64,000 nt of DNA from Spirochaetaceae bacterium (GTDB taxonomy: Bacteria > Spirochaetota > Spirochaetia > DSM-2461): contig OZ245056.1 of NCBI GenBank assembly GCA_965224705.1, forward strand, positions 1,504,001 to 1,568,000. Reading direction: 5' to 3'. Shown here piece by piece: positions 37,788 through 50,186 of the stretch. The first letter of the stretch is position 1. Every line of letters starts with the position of its first letter. The notes beneath the pieces are model-generated. The model made no database searches. It saw only the letters and a list, made by a program, of their open reading frames with translations, and was not told the origin of the DNA. The position numbers and the translations under genes were made by a program.

Positions 37788-39524
37788 TCAGGGCAGCCGT
37801 ATCTTTTCCAAAACCTCTAAATGATAGGAGGCTGATTTCTCAATCTCGTCGTAGAGGTGTTTTGAGGTATCCAGAGGATCAGTATCACGCCTTGAGGAGG
37901 CAGTTAATTCCAGAATCAGCGGCTGCATCAAAAAGGATGTCACCTGTAGATCCTTGCTCGACATGAGAGCTTCATCCACTTTTGCCATAGCAGCCAATTG
38001 TTTATCGGGATTCCTGCCGTTTCGAAGTTTTGCAGAGGCCTTGATCGCAGCCTTCAGGCCCTCATCGGCCAGCTCTTTGAAGTGTTTCAGGGCAGAGATC
38101 AGCTCAAAGAGAACTCTCTTCAGTTCATTTCGGGCTGATGGAACTGGAGTTGAAGTTTTCAGTTCAGTCAGGTTTTCATCAATAATAAAACGTTTATCAC
38201 TCATGTTGAGAAGGTCGTCAATACTCATTGCTGACATGCCCCTGATGAAACGGCTCTCATCTCCAAGAATACCTGGACTTCTGTCCCTGTGTTCCAATGC
38301 TTTTTCAGCAAACCATGCATGGTAAATATCCATGCGCTGATCGGTGAGAATTAAGCGGCCAGCCATATCTCTGGCTTTATGAAGATTGCCATCACAAAGA
38401 CTGTGGAAAAAAATTGTCTGAGCTGGGAGCAGGCGATTGGAATAGAAGTGAGGCCGTTCCCTGGACAGGCTGCCGACGTAATGGGTGCGGCGGCCGGGGT
38501 ATCCCAGATCCAGACCGGCCGATACTATGGGCTGACAGCCAAAATGCCTGGCCAGGTCCCAGGCGGCTGTCGCCACGGATCCTCCAGCGTTGAGTTCTCC
38601 CCGCAGGCCCACCGCATCTTCCAGCACAGTACCCAGGGGAAACCTGGTCCGCATCATGATACATCTTCCGGTGAGCTTCCGGAACACAGCCGGATGAGTG
38701 GAGGTTTCAGCAAGTATCAGCGGCTTGCTTTCCTCTGTTTCACACCAATCAAGATGCCTGGTGTTCCAGTATTGAGGATCCACGGCAGCAATTACATCCG
38801 GTATTACTCCGGTACGGAGTACGCCCTTGAGAGCCGTATCAACGGCGATAACAACAAATTTCCGTGAGATTTCCTTGAGTCGGGGGAGAATTTTTTCAAG
38901 AGATGGACCACCAGCCAGGATCAGTGCCGGTATTCCTGCAAAAGAGTTTTTTCCAGTATCCACAGAAATGGCATCGGGCAGTAAGGAACAGTTTGCCGCA
39001 AGATTTCTAATCCAGAGTTTACCGAATCGTTCAAGGGTATTGGCATTCACCTTTTTGCGGCGTGAAGTCTCAGCGACCACTTTCTCCAGTTTCCTGTACC
39101 ATTCAGGATTCAATTTTACCGCTGGCAGCCATGGAAGATAATGAATGGAAGAACCAACAGGGCCCCTGATCAGAAAGGATTGAACCTGATCTGGATTACC
39201 TCCGGCCAGCAGACAAACTTCAGGATGATTAAAAATGGATGTAATGCTTCGAATTGTGTTGACCTTTTCCAGTGTCGTTTCATCGGCTTCGGCAATGATA
39301 AGAGGTCGTTCCGGAGCCGCCTTGAGAATGGCTTCCGCAACATAACCAAGGCCAAATCCTGCCAGTACCACAATTCCCGCAGAATCGGGAATGCCGGCGG
39401 CAGCTTTTCCGGCTTCTTTTACCGGATTGAATGTTGAGTGAAGAGCAATTCCATCAACATAGGCGGTGTATTCACCGCTTCGGGATTTCTCAAAAACCCA
39501 CCTGGGCTCTTTGTCCGCATCCAT
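37788..39524 (-). CDS. Motility-associated factor (Maf/DUF115, MptE-like)
   Basis: LHSTFNP..E, GFGLGY, AGGPSL, VDPQ, GGSVAT, GLDLGY. Confidence 0.8.
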   Translation of the reverse strand: MDADKEPRWVFEKSRSGEYTAYVDGIALHSTFNPVKEAGKAAAGIPDSAGIVVLAGFGLGYVAEAILKAAPERPLIIAEADETTLEKVNTIRSITSIFNHPEVCLLAGGNPDQVQSFLIRGPVGSSIHYLPWLPAVKLNPEWYRKLEKVVAETSRRKKVNANTLERFGKLWIRNLAANCSLLPDAISVDTGKNSFAGIPALILAGGPSLEKILPRLKEISRKFVVIAVDTALKGVLRTGVIPDVIAAVDPQYWNTRHLDWCETEESKPLILAETSTHPAVFRKLTGRCIMMRTRFPLGTVLEDAVGLRGELNAGGSVATAAWDLARHFGCQPIVSAGLDLGYPGRRTHYVGSLSRERPHFYSNRLLPAQTIFFHSLCDGNLHKARDMAGRLILTDQRMDIYHAWFAEKALEHRDRSPGILGDESRFIRGMSAMSIDDLLNMSDKRFIIDENLTELKTSTPVPSARNELKRVLFELISALKHFKELADEGLKAAIKASAKLRNGRNPDKQLAAMAKVDEALMSSKDLQVTSFLMQPLILELTASSRRDTDPLDTSKHLYDEIEKSASYHLEVLEKIRLP

Positions 39525-41410
39525 CAATCAAGCTCCAGAAAAATCTGCATTCCTTCTTCAATGGGAGTCCCCGGCGGTGGAAATTGGAACACGACCCAGC
39601 CATTTCCCTTTATTGACCACTTGATATCCTGCCGGGAGAAATAAGGTATAAGCATGCGTTTTGAATAACCGGTCAAATCATGGAGAGTGTCTCCCAGTGG
39701 AGCTGGCACAGGATTGGTAACTCTGACTTTACCCCTGTGTTCTACAACAGTGTTTCCTTCCAGGGGAATCCCCCACAGGGGGGCAAGGGTGGATGCAATT
39801 CTTCGCACAACGGGAGCTGCTGTCTGGGCTCCGTAAATACTTGCACCCCGGGGATTTTCGAGAACAACATACACGATGAGTTCGGGGTCATTTGTCGGAA
39901 AAATAGACAAGACAGAGCTTAGAAATCGGTCTGTGCTGTAACGCCCGGTGTTGGGGTCCGTTATCTGAGCGGTTCCTGATTTGGCAGAAATCCGCAGACT
40001 TGGTACGGCAGTACGCCTGGCTGTTCCTTCGGGATCCACCACGGTCTGTTCCATCATTTCCAGAATAGTACGAGCTGTTCTGGGCGATATAACTTCCCGG
40101 ACTGCAATGCGTGGGTATTCCTTGACCATGGATCCATCGGCGGCTGTAACCTGACTGACGATACGGGGTTGGAGAAGAATACCGCCATTGGTCAAAATAG
40201 TAGCCGCTGCCGCAATTTGAACCGCCGAGACGCCAACTTCCTGGCCGATTGCAATAGTCGGTTTACTCCGAACCGACCACTGGTTCGGGGCTGTGAGGAT
40301 CCCATGTGATTCGCCCGGAAGTGGAAGCCCCGTCGGTGCACCGAATCCAAAGTTTTTCAATCCAGTGTAGAAGGCCGTATTTGTAATCCGCTCTGATGCC
40401 ATGGCCACGGCAACATTACTTGAATGGATAAAAGATTCCCGTAAATCCAATACCCCATAATCTGATAAATCAGTAATGGGGGGAATACCATAATTTCGGA
40501 ACAGTTCCGGCTGGTATCCTCCGCTGGTATTGTAAACATCATTCTCCTTCAGCATTCCTGATTCCTGAAGTATGGACCAGGTGAACACCTTGAAAACAGA
40601 TCCTGGCTCGTAAGCCTCTACAAGAGGTCTATTGATACGCTGGTTTCTTTCGGAATTGATGAAAGTATTGGGATCAAAGGATGGCAAGGACACCCAGGCA
40701 ATGATTTCACCCGTATCGGCATCCATGACTAAAACCATCATGGATTCAGGATTATGCTCTTCCCATGCCTCAGAGGCAATGTTCTCCACCAGATATTGTA
40801 TGTTCATATCCAGGGTAAGCTGAACAGTGTGACCGTAAACCCGTTCTGTGGAATCACTCATGCCCCCTGGAGCCAATACCCGATCAAAGGCATATTCAAT
40901 TCCATCCAGACCAACATTATCGGTACCGACATAGCCAATCAGGGGGGCCGCCAGAGATTTCATTGGATAGTGTCGGCTTAATTCCTCCTGCAGTCCTATG
41001 CCGGGCAACTTCCCATTTTCGATAAGAATGCGGATGGCATCGGATTCTGTTGGAGTTACCTGCCGTTTGATGAAGACGAATCGGGAGGAATTCCCGCCGG
41101 TCAATAAGCGGAAGATATGGTTGGGATCTTCCTTGAGTATCTCTCCCAGTTTATCAGCTGCGGCTTCTGGCTCTTCAATATTCGGTTTCCAGGCCGTTAC
41201 CGACCAGAGTCGAGTCTGAAGAGCAATCAAACGTCCTTTTCTATCGATAACAGGCCCGCGTTCAGCCGGAATGGGTACCTTGACAGATACGGGATCACTT
41301 CGATCAGAGCTGAGCATGATAGCTGCAAACCTGACCAGAATAAGGCATGCCGCTGCAAGAGAAACAGTGATGAGAATACGCATCCGAGAAATATCCGGTT
41401 TTTCAGCCAT
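39524..41410 (-). CDS. ftsI: Class B penicillin-binding protein (FtsI-like) with PASTA-like tail
   Basis: RGPVIDRKG, YEPGSVFK, SSN, KSGTAQ. Confidence 0.85.
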   Translation of the reverse strand: MAEKPDISRMRILITVSLAAACLILVRFAAIMLSSDRSDPVSVKVPIPAERGPVIDRKGRLIALQTRLWSVTAWKPNIEEPEAAADKLGEILKEDPNHIFRLLTGGNSSRFVFIKRQVTPTESDAIRILIENGKLPGIGLQEELSRHYPMKSLAAPLIGYVGTDNVGLDGIEYAFDRVLAPGGMSDSTERVYGHTVQLTLDMNIQYLVENIASEAWEEHNPESMMVLVMDADTGEIIAWVSLPSFDPNTFINSERNQRINRPLVEAYEPGSVFKVFTWSILQESGMLKENDVYNTSGGYQPELFRNYGIPPITDLSDYGVLDLRESFIHSSNVAVAMASERITNTAFYTGLKNFGFGAPTGLPLPGESHGILTAPNQWSVRSKPTIAIGQEVGVSAVQIAAAATILTNGGILLQPRIVSQVTAADGSMVKEYPRIAVREVISPRTARTILEMMEQTVVDPEGTARRTAVPSLRISAKSGTAQITDPNTGRYSTDRFLSSVLSIFPTNDPELIVYVVLENPRGASIYGAQTAAPVVRRIASTLAPLWGIPLEGNTVVEHRGKVRVTNPVPAPLGDTLHDLTGYSKRMLIPYFSRQDIKWSIKGNGWVVFQFPPPGTPIEEGMQIFLELD

Positions 41411-41864
41411 GACGCTTCCAGTATAGGACACGCCCCAGCAGCTTGTTTTTCTTGATATAACCGTATTGCCGACTGTCCCATGAATTAAACTGATTGTCTC
41501 CAATCATGAAAAAGGAATCCGGTGCTGGTTGTTGTGTCTCAACAAGATTCTTCCATTCTTCGCCAGTCAGATACCACTTCCCCCAGGAGGTAATCAGCCA
41601 TCCATGTTTTACCTGTGGTTTTTCAATACCGCTCAAAACGCAGCGTTTAACTGTGAATTGTTCATCATCCGGATTGATGAACAGGGCAATATCTCCATTC
41701 CTTACCTTGTCTGCCCCCTTCCATACAAGTACCCACTGTCCATCGGCGAGAGTCGGAAACATGGAATTTTCCCTGATCCGGACCAGCACGAAATGCCTGG
41801 AGATAATGACGGATACAACTGCAATAAAAACAATGCCAACTAACAGCCTGCGGCGGAACAACAT
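41403..41864 (-). CDS. lepB: Signal peptidase I (S26)
   Basis: SMFPTL, VKR, GDNQFNSWDSRQYG; start trimmed to MLFRRR. Confidence 0.8.
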   Translation of the reverse strand: MLFRRRLLVGIVFIAVVSVIISRHFVLVRIRENSMFPTLADGQWVLVWKGADKVRNGDIALFINPDDEQFTVKRCVLSGIEKPQVKHGWLITSWGKWYLTGEEWKNLVETQQPAPDSFFMIGDNQFNSWDSRQYGYIKKNKLLGRVLYWKRHG

Positions 41865-41922
41865 CTTGATTACAGGGTAATACGAGGGTTCTCTTTTGTC
41901 GATATGAAGGGAGGGGGGAAGG

Positions 41923-42915
41923 ATGAACATCAACACAAGAGAGAAGACACCATACGAACCTGTTACAATCAGCCCCCAGGTCAAAACATATAAGCATGCA
42001 GCCGTTTCTTCAGTCAGAACACATTTTGAGAGTTCATCAAAACTTCCATCATTCCTGGCGGCGTTAATTTTCCTGGCACTCCTTGGATTTGGCTGCCTGG
42101 ATAGTCTGATACTGGAATTGAATCCTGCGGCGGCTGTCAAATTCCATGAAATTGATTTATTGAACATACCAGTGCAGAAAGCCTCCTATGAAATCAAACC
42201 TCCTGACAGGACGATTCAGAATGCTGTCTTCACGGAGCATCGTGTCGCACAGGATGAAACCCTTTCCCATATTGCCTGGCAATATGGGCTTTCTCCAGCG
42301 ACATTGATCAGTGTGAATCGGCTCCAGCGGCCTGAGAATCTGAAGACTGACGCTTTGTTGATAGTACCTTACCGGGATGGTATTCGGCACGCAGTACGAA
42401 ACGGAGAGAGTGCCGGTGATGTGGCAGAGCATTATGGTGTTGAACCTGATTCGATACAGGTACTGCCTGATGGGGACTATTTTGTTTCTGGAAAATCAAT
42501 TACAAATGAAATTCCTGCATCCTTTGCCAGCAATATGTTTCGATATCCCGTTACCGGGCGAGTCATCACTCCATTTGGAGAGGGGGTGGATGAGCTGACA
42601 GACATTCCCTATCAATCCGATGGCATTGATCTTGCTGTCAAATCCGGGACACCGGTGGTGGCCTCACAGAATGGGAAAGTTGTACTCACAGGACATCATG
42701 CCTCCTATGGTCTCTATGTCATCATGGAACACAGGGATGGCTGGAAAAGTTTTTACGGATACCTCGGCCGCATTGATGCAGCTCCCGGCGATTTGCTGGA
42801 TGCTGGAATGGTACTGGGTATTGCAGGCAAGTCCGGCATGGCCCGTACTCCCAGGCTTCACTTCGTCCTTATACGGAATGGGGAAACGGTGAATCCCCTT
42901 GATTACCTTTACTGA
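41923..42915 (+). CDS. LysM + M23 peptidase-family protein
   Basis: Two LysM repeats; GIDLA, LHF, NPLDYL; first two Zn-motif histidines appear substituted. Confidence 0.8.
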   Translation: MNINTREKTPYEPVTISPQVKTYKHAAVSSVRTHFESSSKLPSFLAALIFLALLGFGCLDSLILELNPAAAVKFHEIDLLNIPVQKASYEIKPPDRTIQNAVFTEHRVAQDETLSHIAWQYGLSPATLISVNRLQRPENLKTDALLIVPYRDGIRHAVRNGESAGDVAEHYGVEPDSIQVLPDGDYFVSGKSITNEIPASFASNMFRYPVTGRVITPFGEGVDELTDIPYQSDGIDLAVKSGTPVVASQNGKVVLTGHHASYGLYVIMEHRDGWKSFYGYLGRIDAAPGDLLDAGMVLGIAGKSGMARTPRLHFVLIRNGETVNPLDYLY

Positions 42916-42924
42916 CAGGATGAC

Positions 42925-45654
<2,730 letters not shown>

Positions 45655-45692
45655 AATAACCAAGATACCGTTCTGATGATTATCCAGTCAAG

Positions 45693-45721
45693 TTGACATC
45701 TCTCCGTTAGATGGATAGTAT
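45693..45721 (+). promoter_or_regulatory. Sigma70-like promoter
   Basis: TTGACA-17 nt-TAGTAT, 9 nt before the GTG start. Confidence 0.55.
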
Positions 45722-45730
45722 CCATCTGAA

Positions 45731-46897
45731 GTGATTATCAATAGAGGCAGAACCTTACTTCTCAATCTCATCCTTATAAGTTTGATCATTTCCTCAACAG
45801 GCTGCTTTTTCAGAAGAATTTCCGGCTTTAAACGCCATGATCTCTTCAGTATTCCCCTGGGAACCCTCCCCGGTGAAATTGACTGGTTTTATCGGGATAG
45901 CTTCCGCATGGCCGGTACCGCTGATATTGATTTCAGGGATGGACTGATCTTCATCTCTGGAGGTGAAGCAGGCAAGGTGATGGTGTTTAATTCTTACGGC
46001 GATCTCATCACTTATGTCTATGATCCAAAGAAGAATCCCGGCCCTGTTACAATGGACGATGAGGAAGAGTCTATTTCTGTTTCCACCTGGTCGTTCCGGA
46101 ATCCCAGGGCCGTTGCGGCTTATGACGGCGGTTTTCTGGTTGAGGATGGTGTTGAGGCTGAGCGTCGGGTGGAAGATTCTCAAACAGGTGTTTTTTATGA
46201 CCGGGTTGTGCTTCGTTTCGATATCAATGGGCAATACCTTGGGTATCTTGGCCGGGAAGGATTTAACAGTACTCCTTTCCCATACATCTCGTCGATGGAT
46301 GTAAGAGTTGATGGCAGTCTGGTCGTGAGCTGCCGGATTCCTGGAGTCTGGGAGAGTTACTGGTTCAGTCAATATGGAGATCATATAACCACGACCCGAA
46401 TTGAAGAGGATCAGCTTCCGGGACTGGGAGAAGGCGGCAATGTGGCCGTTTATTCCATTCATCCAGATCCGACAGAATGGACCATGCATATCCGTCTGGA
46501 TTTTTATCCTGATACAAAGACTGGAGATAAGCCGGAAGCAAGGCTCTACACATGGGATCTCGAAACCATGCATTATGGCGACCCCATCATTCTCAACTAC
46601 ATCGAAGGAAGTCCCGAAGATGGAATTCCATCCATTCCGCCCGATTACCTTGGAACCGCATGGAATGGACTGCACTTCATGCTTTCTCCAGAAGGTCCAG
46701 GCCGATATCGCATGATGCTCATTGATGATGAAGGTCGGCTCATTCTTAATAGAGGCCTGAAAGTGAATGAGTCCTCTACCATTTACCGTCGGTTTCGCCT
46801 GCAGAACGATGGCATGCTCACAGGGATATTCTTTGATGACAGGGAAGCGGTCGTTTCATGGTGGAGGGGTGATAAACTGATCGAAAATGAACGTTAG
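45731..46897 (+). CDS. Spirochaete-type lipoprotein divergent from secA
   Basis: Lipobox STG-C; KVMVFNSYGDL and YLGREG motifs. Confidence 0.65.
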   Translation: MIINRGRTLLLNLILISLIISSTGCFFRRISGFKRHDLFSIPLGTLPGEIDWFYRDSFRMAGTADIDFRDGLIFISGGEAGKVMVFNSYGDLITYVYDPKKNPGPVTMDDEEESISVSTWSFRNPRAVAAYDGGFLVEDGVEAERRVEDSQTGVFYDRVVLRFDINGQYLGYLGREGFNSTPFPYISSMDVRVDGSLVVSCRIPGVWESYWFSQYGDHITTTRIEEDQLPGLGEGGNVAVYSIHPDPTEWTMHIRLDFYPDTKTGDKPEARLYTWDLETMHYGDPIILNYIEGSPEDGIPSIPPDYLGTAWNGLHFMLSPEGPGRYRMMLIDDEGRLILNRGLKVNESSTIYRRFRLQNDGMLTGIFFDDREAVVSWWRGDKLIENER

Positions 46898-47375
46898 TCC
46901 CCAGGAGTACAATCGGGAAGAACGCCATTCTCTCTCCTGGCGGCATACCAGGCATCATGGTGGAGGGGATCAGAATGGATCTATACGCCATTCTCGCCGT
47001 ATCACTCTTCTGGATCTGCTATTATTGGTCATTCTGATGGGTGTTCTTGTTCCCTGGATGTTTTACATACGTAAACAGCATACTCTTGGTCCCTACGATC
47101 TTGACATGGATAAACAGAAACTCGATGGAATTACTCTCTACATTTCAAAAATCAGTCTGGCTGAGAACGCATCAGTTGATGAGGATATAACTCAAATCGG
47201 TATCAAGGTATTCAATCGATCCGGCCTTGTTATACATGAATCCAGGGATCTCCCTCCCGACAGCGGGCAGGTAAGGGAATTCATCTACCGAGATACAGAA
47301 GGACAGGCGGCGACCCTGACGGTTTTTGCCGACAGCTACACAACTGTTCTTGAGTTGACGACTGACGATGAATAA
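46887..47375 (+). CDS. Hypothetical single-pass membrane protein
   Basis: Overlaps neighbours in operon fashion; one TM segment. Confidence 0.6.
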   Translation: MNVSPQEYNREERHSLSWRHTRHHGGGDQNGSIRHSRRITLLDLLLLVILMGVLVPWMFYIRKQHTLGPYDLDMDKQKLDGITLYISKISLAENASVDEDITQIGIKVFNRSGLVIHESRDLPPDSGQVREFIYRDTEGQAATLTVFADSYTTVLELTTDDE

Positions 47376-47823
47376 TGTACACTGTTATAAGGAGGAAGGT
47401 GTTTTGCAATTATATCTTTTAACAGTTCTCACCAATGTGTTGGCGGGTCTGACATTGGCCAGTGGTTTTCTCTCCCGGAAGATAGCCCGGTTTTCTGACT
47501 ATTCCGATTTCATGATGAACCCCTTCTACCGGGTAATCCTGGGAGGATTGAGTCTCTTCGTTGCCATCTTCAATCTTATTAATACTCGCCCGGGAGATAC
47601 CGTATTTATCGGAGATCTTTTTCCAAGTTTGACCGGGATTGCTGTCGGCATCATCCTGATCACCGAATTCTGGAATGTGCACTCAGGGAAGAGTTCAGGC
47701 AAGAGTAAAACAATGGTTGAGAAGATTCAAAGCTTTTCCAAGCCTTATTTTACCCTCATTGGTCTGGCTGCAGTGGGGATAGGGATTCTGCATGCTGTAA
47801 TCCCTTCCATGTCACTTTTTTGA
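47368..47823 (+). CDS. Hypothetical four-TM membrane protein (start may be TTG 47404)
   Basis: Four hydrophobic segments; AGGAGG before TTG. Confidence 0.65.
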   Translation: MNNVHCYKEEGVLQLYLLTVLTNVLAGLTLASGFLSRKIARFSDYSDFMMNPFYRVILGGLSLFVAIFNLINTRPGDTVFIGDLFPSLTGIAVGIILITEFWNVHSGKSSGKSKTMVEKIQSFSKPYFTLIGLAAVGIGILHAVIPSMSLF

Positions 47824-48221
47824 GTCCTGACCGCCAATCTGTCGCTGGTGTAGCCTACAACATCAATGGGCAAGTTCTCATCATACACCGACTCCCGGGC
47901 GGATCTTCCGGTGGTCTGTGGGAGTTCCCCGGAGGCAAGGTAGAGCAAAATGAAAGTCTGGAAGAAGCCCTTGTGCGGGAGTGGCAGGAGGAGCTTGGAA
48001 TCAGCATACGTGTTGACAGGCACCTTGTGCAGGGATCCTTTAAAAACAAAGATCAGATATATCATCTCCATGCCTACAAAGTTCTGCTTCCGGATGATGA
48101 AGTGATTCCCAGATTACTGGATCATGACGGGTATCAATGGATCAATCCGGAAGAACTGGACAGAGTTGATTTAGTCGAATCAGATCGCATTGTGGCACGG
48201 GAATTAGTCTCCGGCAGTTGA
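47820..48221 (+). CDS. NUDIX hydrolase, MutT/NudG-like
   Basis: GLWEFPGGKVE..ALVREWQEELG Nudix box. Confidence 0.9.
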   Translation: MSPDRQSVAGVAYNINGQVLIIHRLPGGSSGGLWEFPGGKVEQNESLEEALVREWQEELGISIRVDRHLVQGSFKNKDQIYHLHAYKVLLPDDEVIPRLLDHDGYQWINPEELDRVDLVESDRIVARELVSGS

Positions 48222-48242
48222 TTCCACTCTCTTACAACCCAG

Positions 48243-48404
48243 GAGTCTGTCGGACTTTAAGACTTCGAGGCGATTTTTGATGATTTTTTCCCTGATGCAA
48301 GGCGACAAAAACGGAGCGTAGCTGGGCTACGTGAGTATTTTGGCAACGCAGCAACAGGAAAAAAGGGCAAAAATCGAGCCGTGAGGCGTAAGTCCGACAG
48401 ACTC
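48243..48404 (+). mobile_element. IS1182-type MITE (162 bp)
   Basis: Perfect IRs GAGTCTGTCGGACTT / AAGTCCGACAGACTC between convergent genes. Confidence 0.85.
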
Positions 48405-49162
48405 TAATAATTACCCTCGGCCATTCCACCAGTCATAACTTTGAGGCTTGAGCCAATGCCCAGTCGATTTGCCCCGGCCTCAATCATCGCCACGGCACTG
48501 TCCCAGCTGCGGATACCGCCGGAAGCCTTGACACCCATGTCCGAACCAACAGTTCTCCGCATAAGCCGTACATCCTCAACCGTTGCCCCTCCGCTGGCAA
48601 ATCCTGTACTTGTTTTAACGAAATCAGCCTCTGCTTTCTTCGACAATTCACAGGCAATGACTTTTTCCTCCTGAGTCAGCATGCAGGTTTCCAGAATTAC
48701 CTTGAGAATGGTTCCCTCACGAGTCGCTCTCCGGACAGCACGGATATCCTCTTCCACCCTGGCATAGTCCCTGGCACGCAGGGCCCCCACGTTGATAACC
48801 ATATCGATTTCAGTGGCACCATCGGCAATGGATTCCCGAGCTTCAAAGGCCTTTGTTCTGGAAGTCATGGCTCCCAGGGGGAAGCCGACAACAGCACAAA
48901 CACCAATATCCATATCCTGCAGCTGCCTGGCCACATAACTCACCCAGTGTGAATTGACACAGATTGACTTGAAATTATACTGCCTGCATTCCAGCACCGT
49001 CTGGTCGAACTGGGCAGGGGCCGCCTCCGGTTTCAGTAATGTATGATCTATATAACGAGCCATTTCAGCATGGCTGATGGTGCTGGTATTCTGACTGGGA
49101 GCCGTCTTGAGGCGCCGTATAACCTCCTCAGCGATCCGTTCAATCAACACGTTCTGATCCAT
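48404..49162 (-). CDS. deoC: Deoxyribose-phosphate aldolase with N-terminal encapsulation-peptide-like helix
   Basis: IDHTLLKP, VVGFPLG, FVKTSTGF, VKASGGI; leader VLIERIAEEVIRRL. Confidence 0.95.
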   Translation of the reverse strand: MDQNVLIERIAEEVIRRLKTAPSQNTSTISHAEMARYIDHTLLKPEAAPAQFDQTVLECRQYNFKSICVNSHWVSYVARQLQDMDIGVCAVVGFPLGAMTSRTKAFEARESIADGATEIDMVINVGALRARDYARVEEDIRAVRRATREGTILKVILETCMLTQEEKVIACELSKKAEADFVKTSTGFASGGATVEDVRLMRRTVGSDMGVKASGGIRSWDSAVAMIEAGANRLGIGSSLKVMTGGMAEGNY

Positions 49163-49644
49163 CAAAAACCTCCCCTCTCCAGGGCCATAATCTTATTGAC
49201 CCTCACAAGATGTCTGCCGCCGGAGAACCGTGTTTCCAGCCAGGTTTTTACCATGGTACAGAGCTCTCCTGCATCGTGAAGGGGGCCTCCAAGGGTTAAC
49301 ACGTTGGCATTATTGTGATCTCTGCTGTTGATTACAGTTTGCAGATTGTAACACAGGGCCGCCCGTATTCCCTTGATTTTATTGCAGGCCATGGATGAAC
49401 CTATGCCTGCCCCGTCCAGCATAATACCCCGTTCACAATCCCCTGATACCACCTTGCGGCAAACTGTTTCCGCAATGTCGGGATAGTCCACTTTGTCCCT
49501 GGAGAAGCATCCAGCATCTTTCACAACATATCCCAGAGCCTCAAGATAGCGAATAACAGCATTCTTCTCATCAAGGGCTCCATGATCACAACCAACAGCA
49601 ACTCTCTTCACACTGTCTCTGGCATTCACTTCCAATTCAATCAT
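49162..49644 (-). CDS. rpiB: Ribose-5-phosphate isomerase B
   Basis: GCDHG, DYPD, DGAGIGS..NK..GIRAA, HNNANVL, GGRH..RV. Confidence 0.9.
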   Translation of the reverse strand: MIELEVNARDSVKRVAVGCDHGALDEKNAVIRYLEALGYVVKDAGCFSRDKVDYPDIAETVCRKVVSGDCERGIMLDGAGIGSSMACNKIKGIRAALCYNLQTVINSRDHNNANVLTLGGPLHDAGELCTMVKTWLETRFSGGRHLVRVNKIMALERGGF

Positions 49645-49912
49645 TCTCCGATACAGCATCAATAATCCCGACAATTACCGTTCTGATGGGACCCATGGCA
49701 GGTTTGCCGAGAATCTGCCTTGCCGATCCGCCTTCATCAAGAACCAGCACCCTGTCTCCCACCCCTGCCTGGGCAGAATCAACGGCCAGGAAGGGATCAC
49801 CCGATAATCGACCATCAGGCATCATTGCTCGCAGCATAAGGAGTTTCTCCCCCTCATACATTGGATGCTTCACCGAACAAACCGCCTGACCGATAACTTC
49901 TGCCAGATTCAT
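49637..49912 (-). CDS. BMC vertex protein (EutN/CcmL)
   Basis: A.VIG..V...K; AVDSAQAGVGD; IVGIID. Confidence 0.9.
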   Translation of the reverse strand: MNLAEVIGQAVCSVKHPMYEGEKLLMLRAMMPDGRLSGDPFLAVDSAQAGVGDRVLVLDEGGSARQILGKPAMGPIRTVIVGIIDAVSEND

Positions 49913-50184
49913 CCTGACTTCCCCGGACTCAAGGTATCGACAATGCCGATAATGGCTGCGTCACAGGGATTGAACCAATCCGGCATACTCATTGCCGCTT
50001 CCTTGCCGCCCTCGTACAGAACAGTGTCCCCCTCCCCGGCTCTAACCGTATCAATGGCTACCAGAGGAGAACCTATTTTCTTCCCTGATTCGTTGATGGG
50101 CTGAACCAGAAGAAATGTTTTGCCCAGAAAGCTTTCCACCTTTTTTTCACAAACAACCCGGCCAATCACCCGTCCTGCTTTCAT
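49909..50184 (-). CDS. BMC vertex protein (EutN/CcmL)
   Basis: GRVIGRVV..KK; AIDTVRAGEGD; DAAIIGIVD. Confidence 0.9.
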   Translation of the reverse strand: MKAGRVIGRVVCEKKVESFLGKTFLLVQPINESGKKIGSPLVAIDTVRAGEGDTVLYEGGKEAAMSMPDWFNPCDAAIIGIVDTLSPGKSG

Positions 50185-50186
50185 CT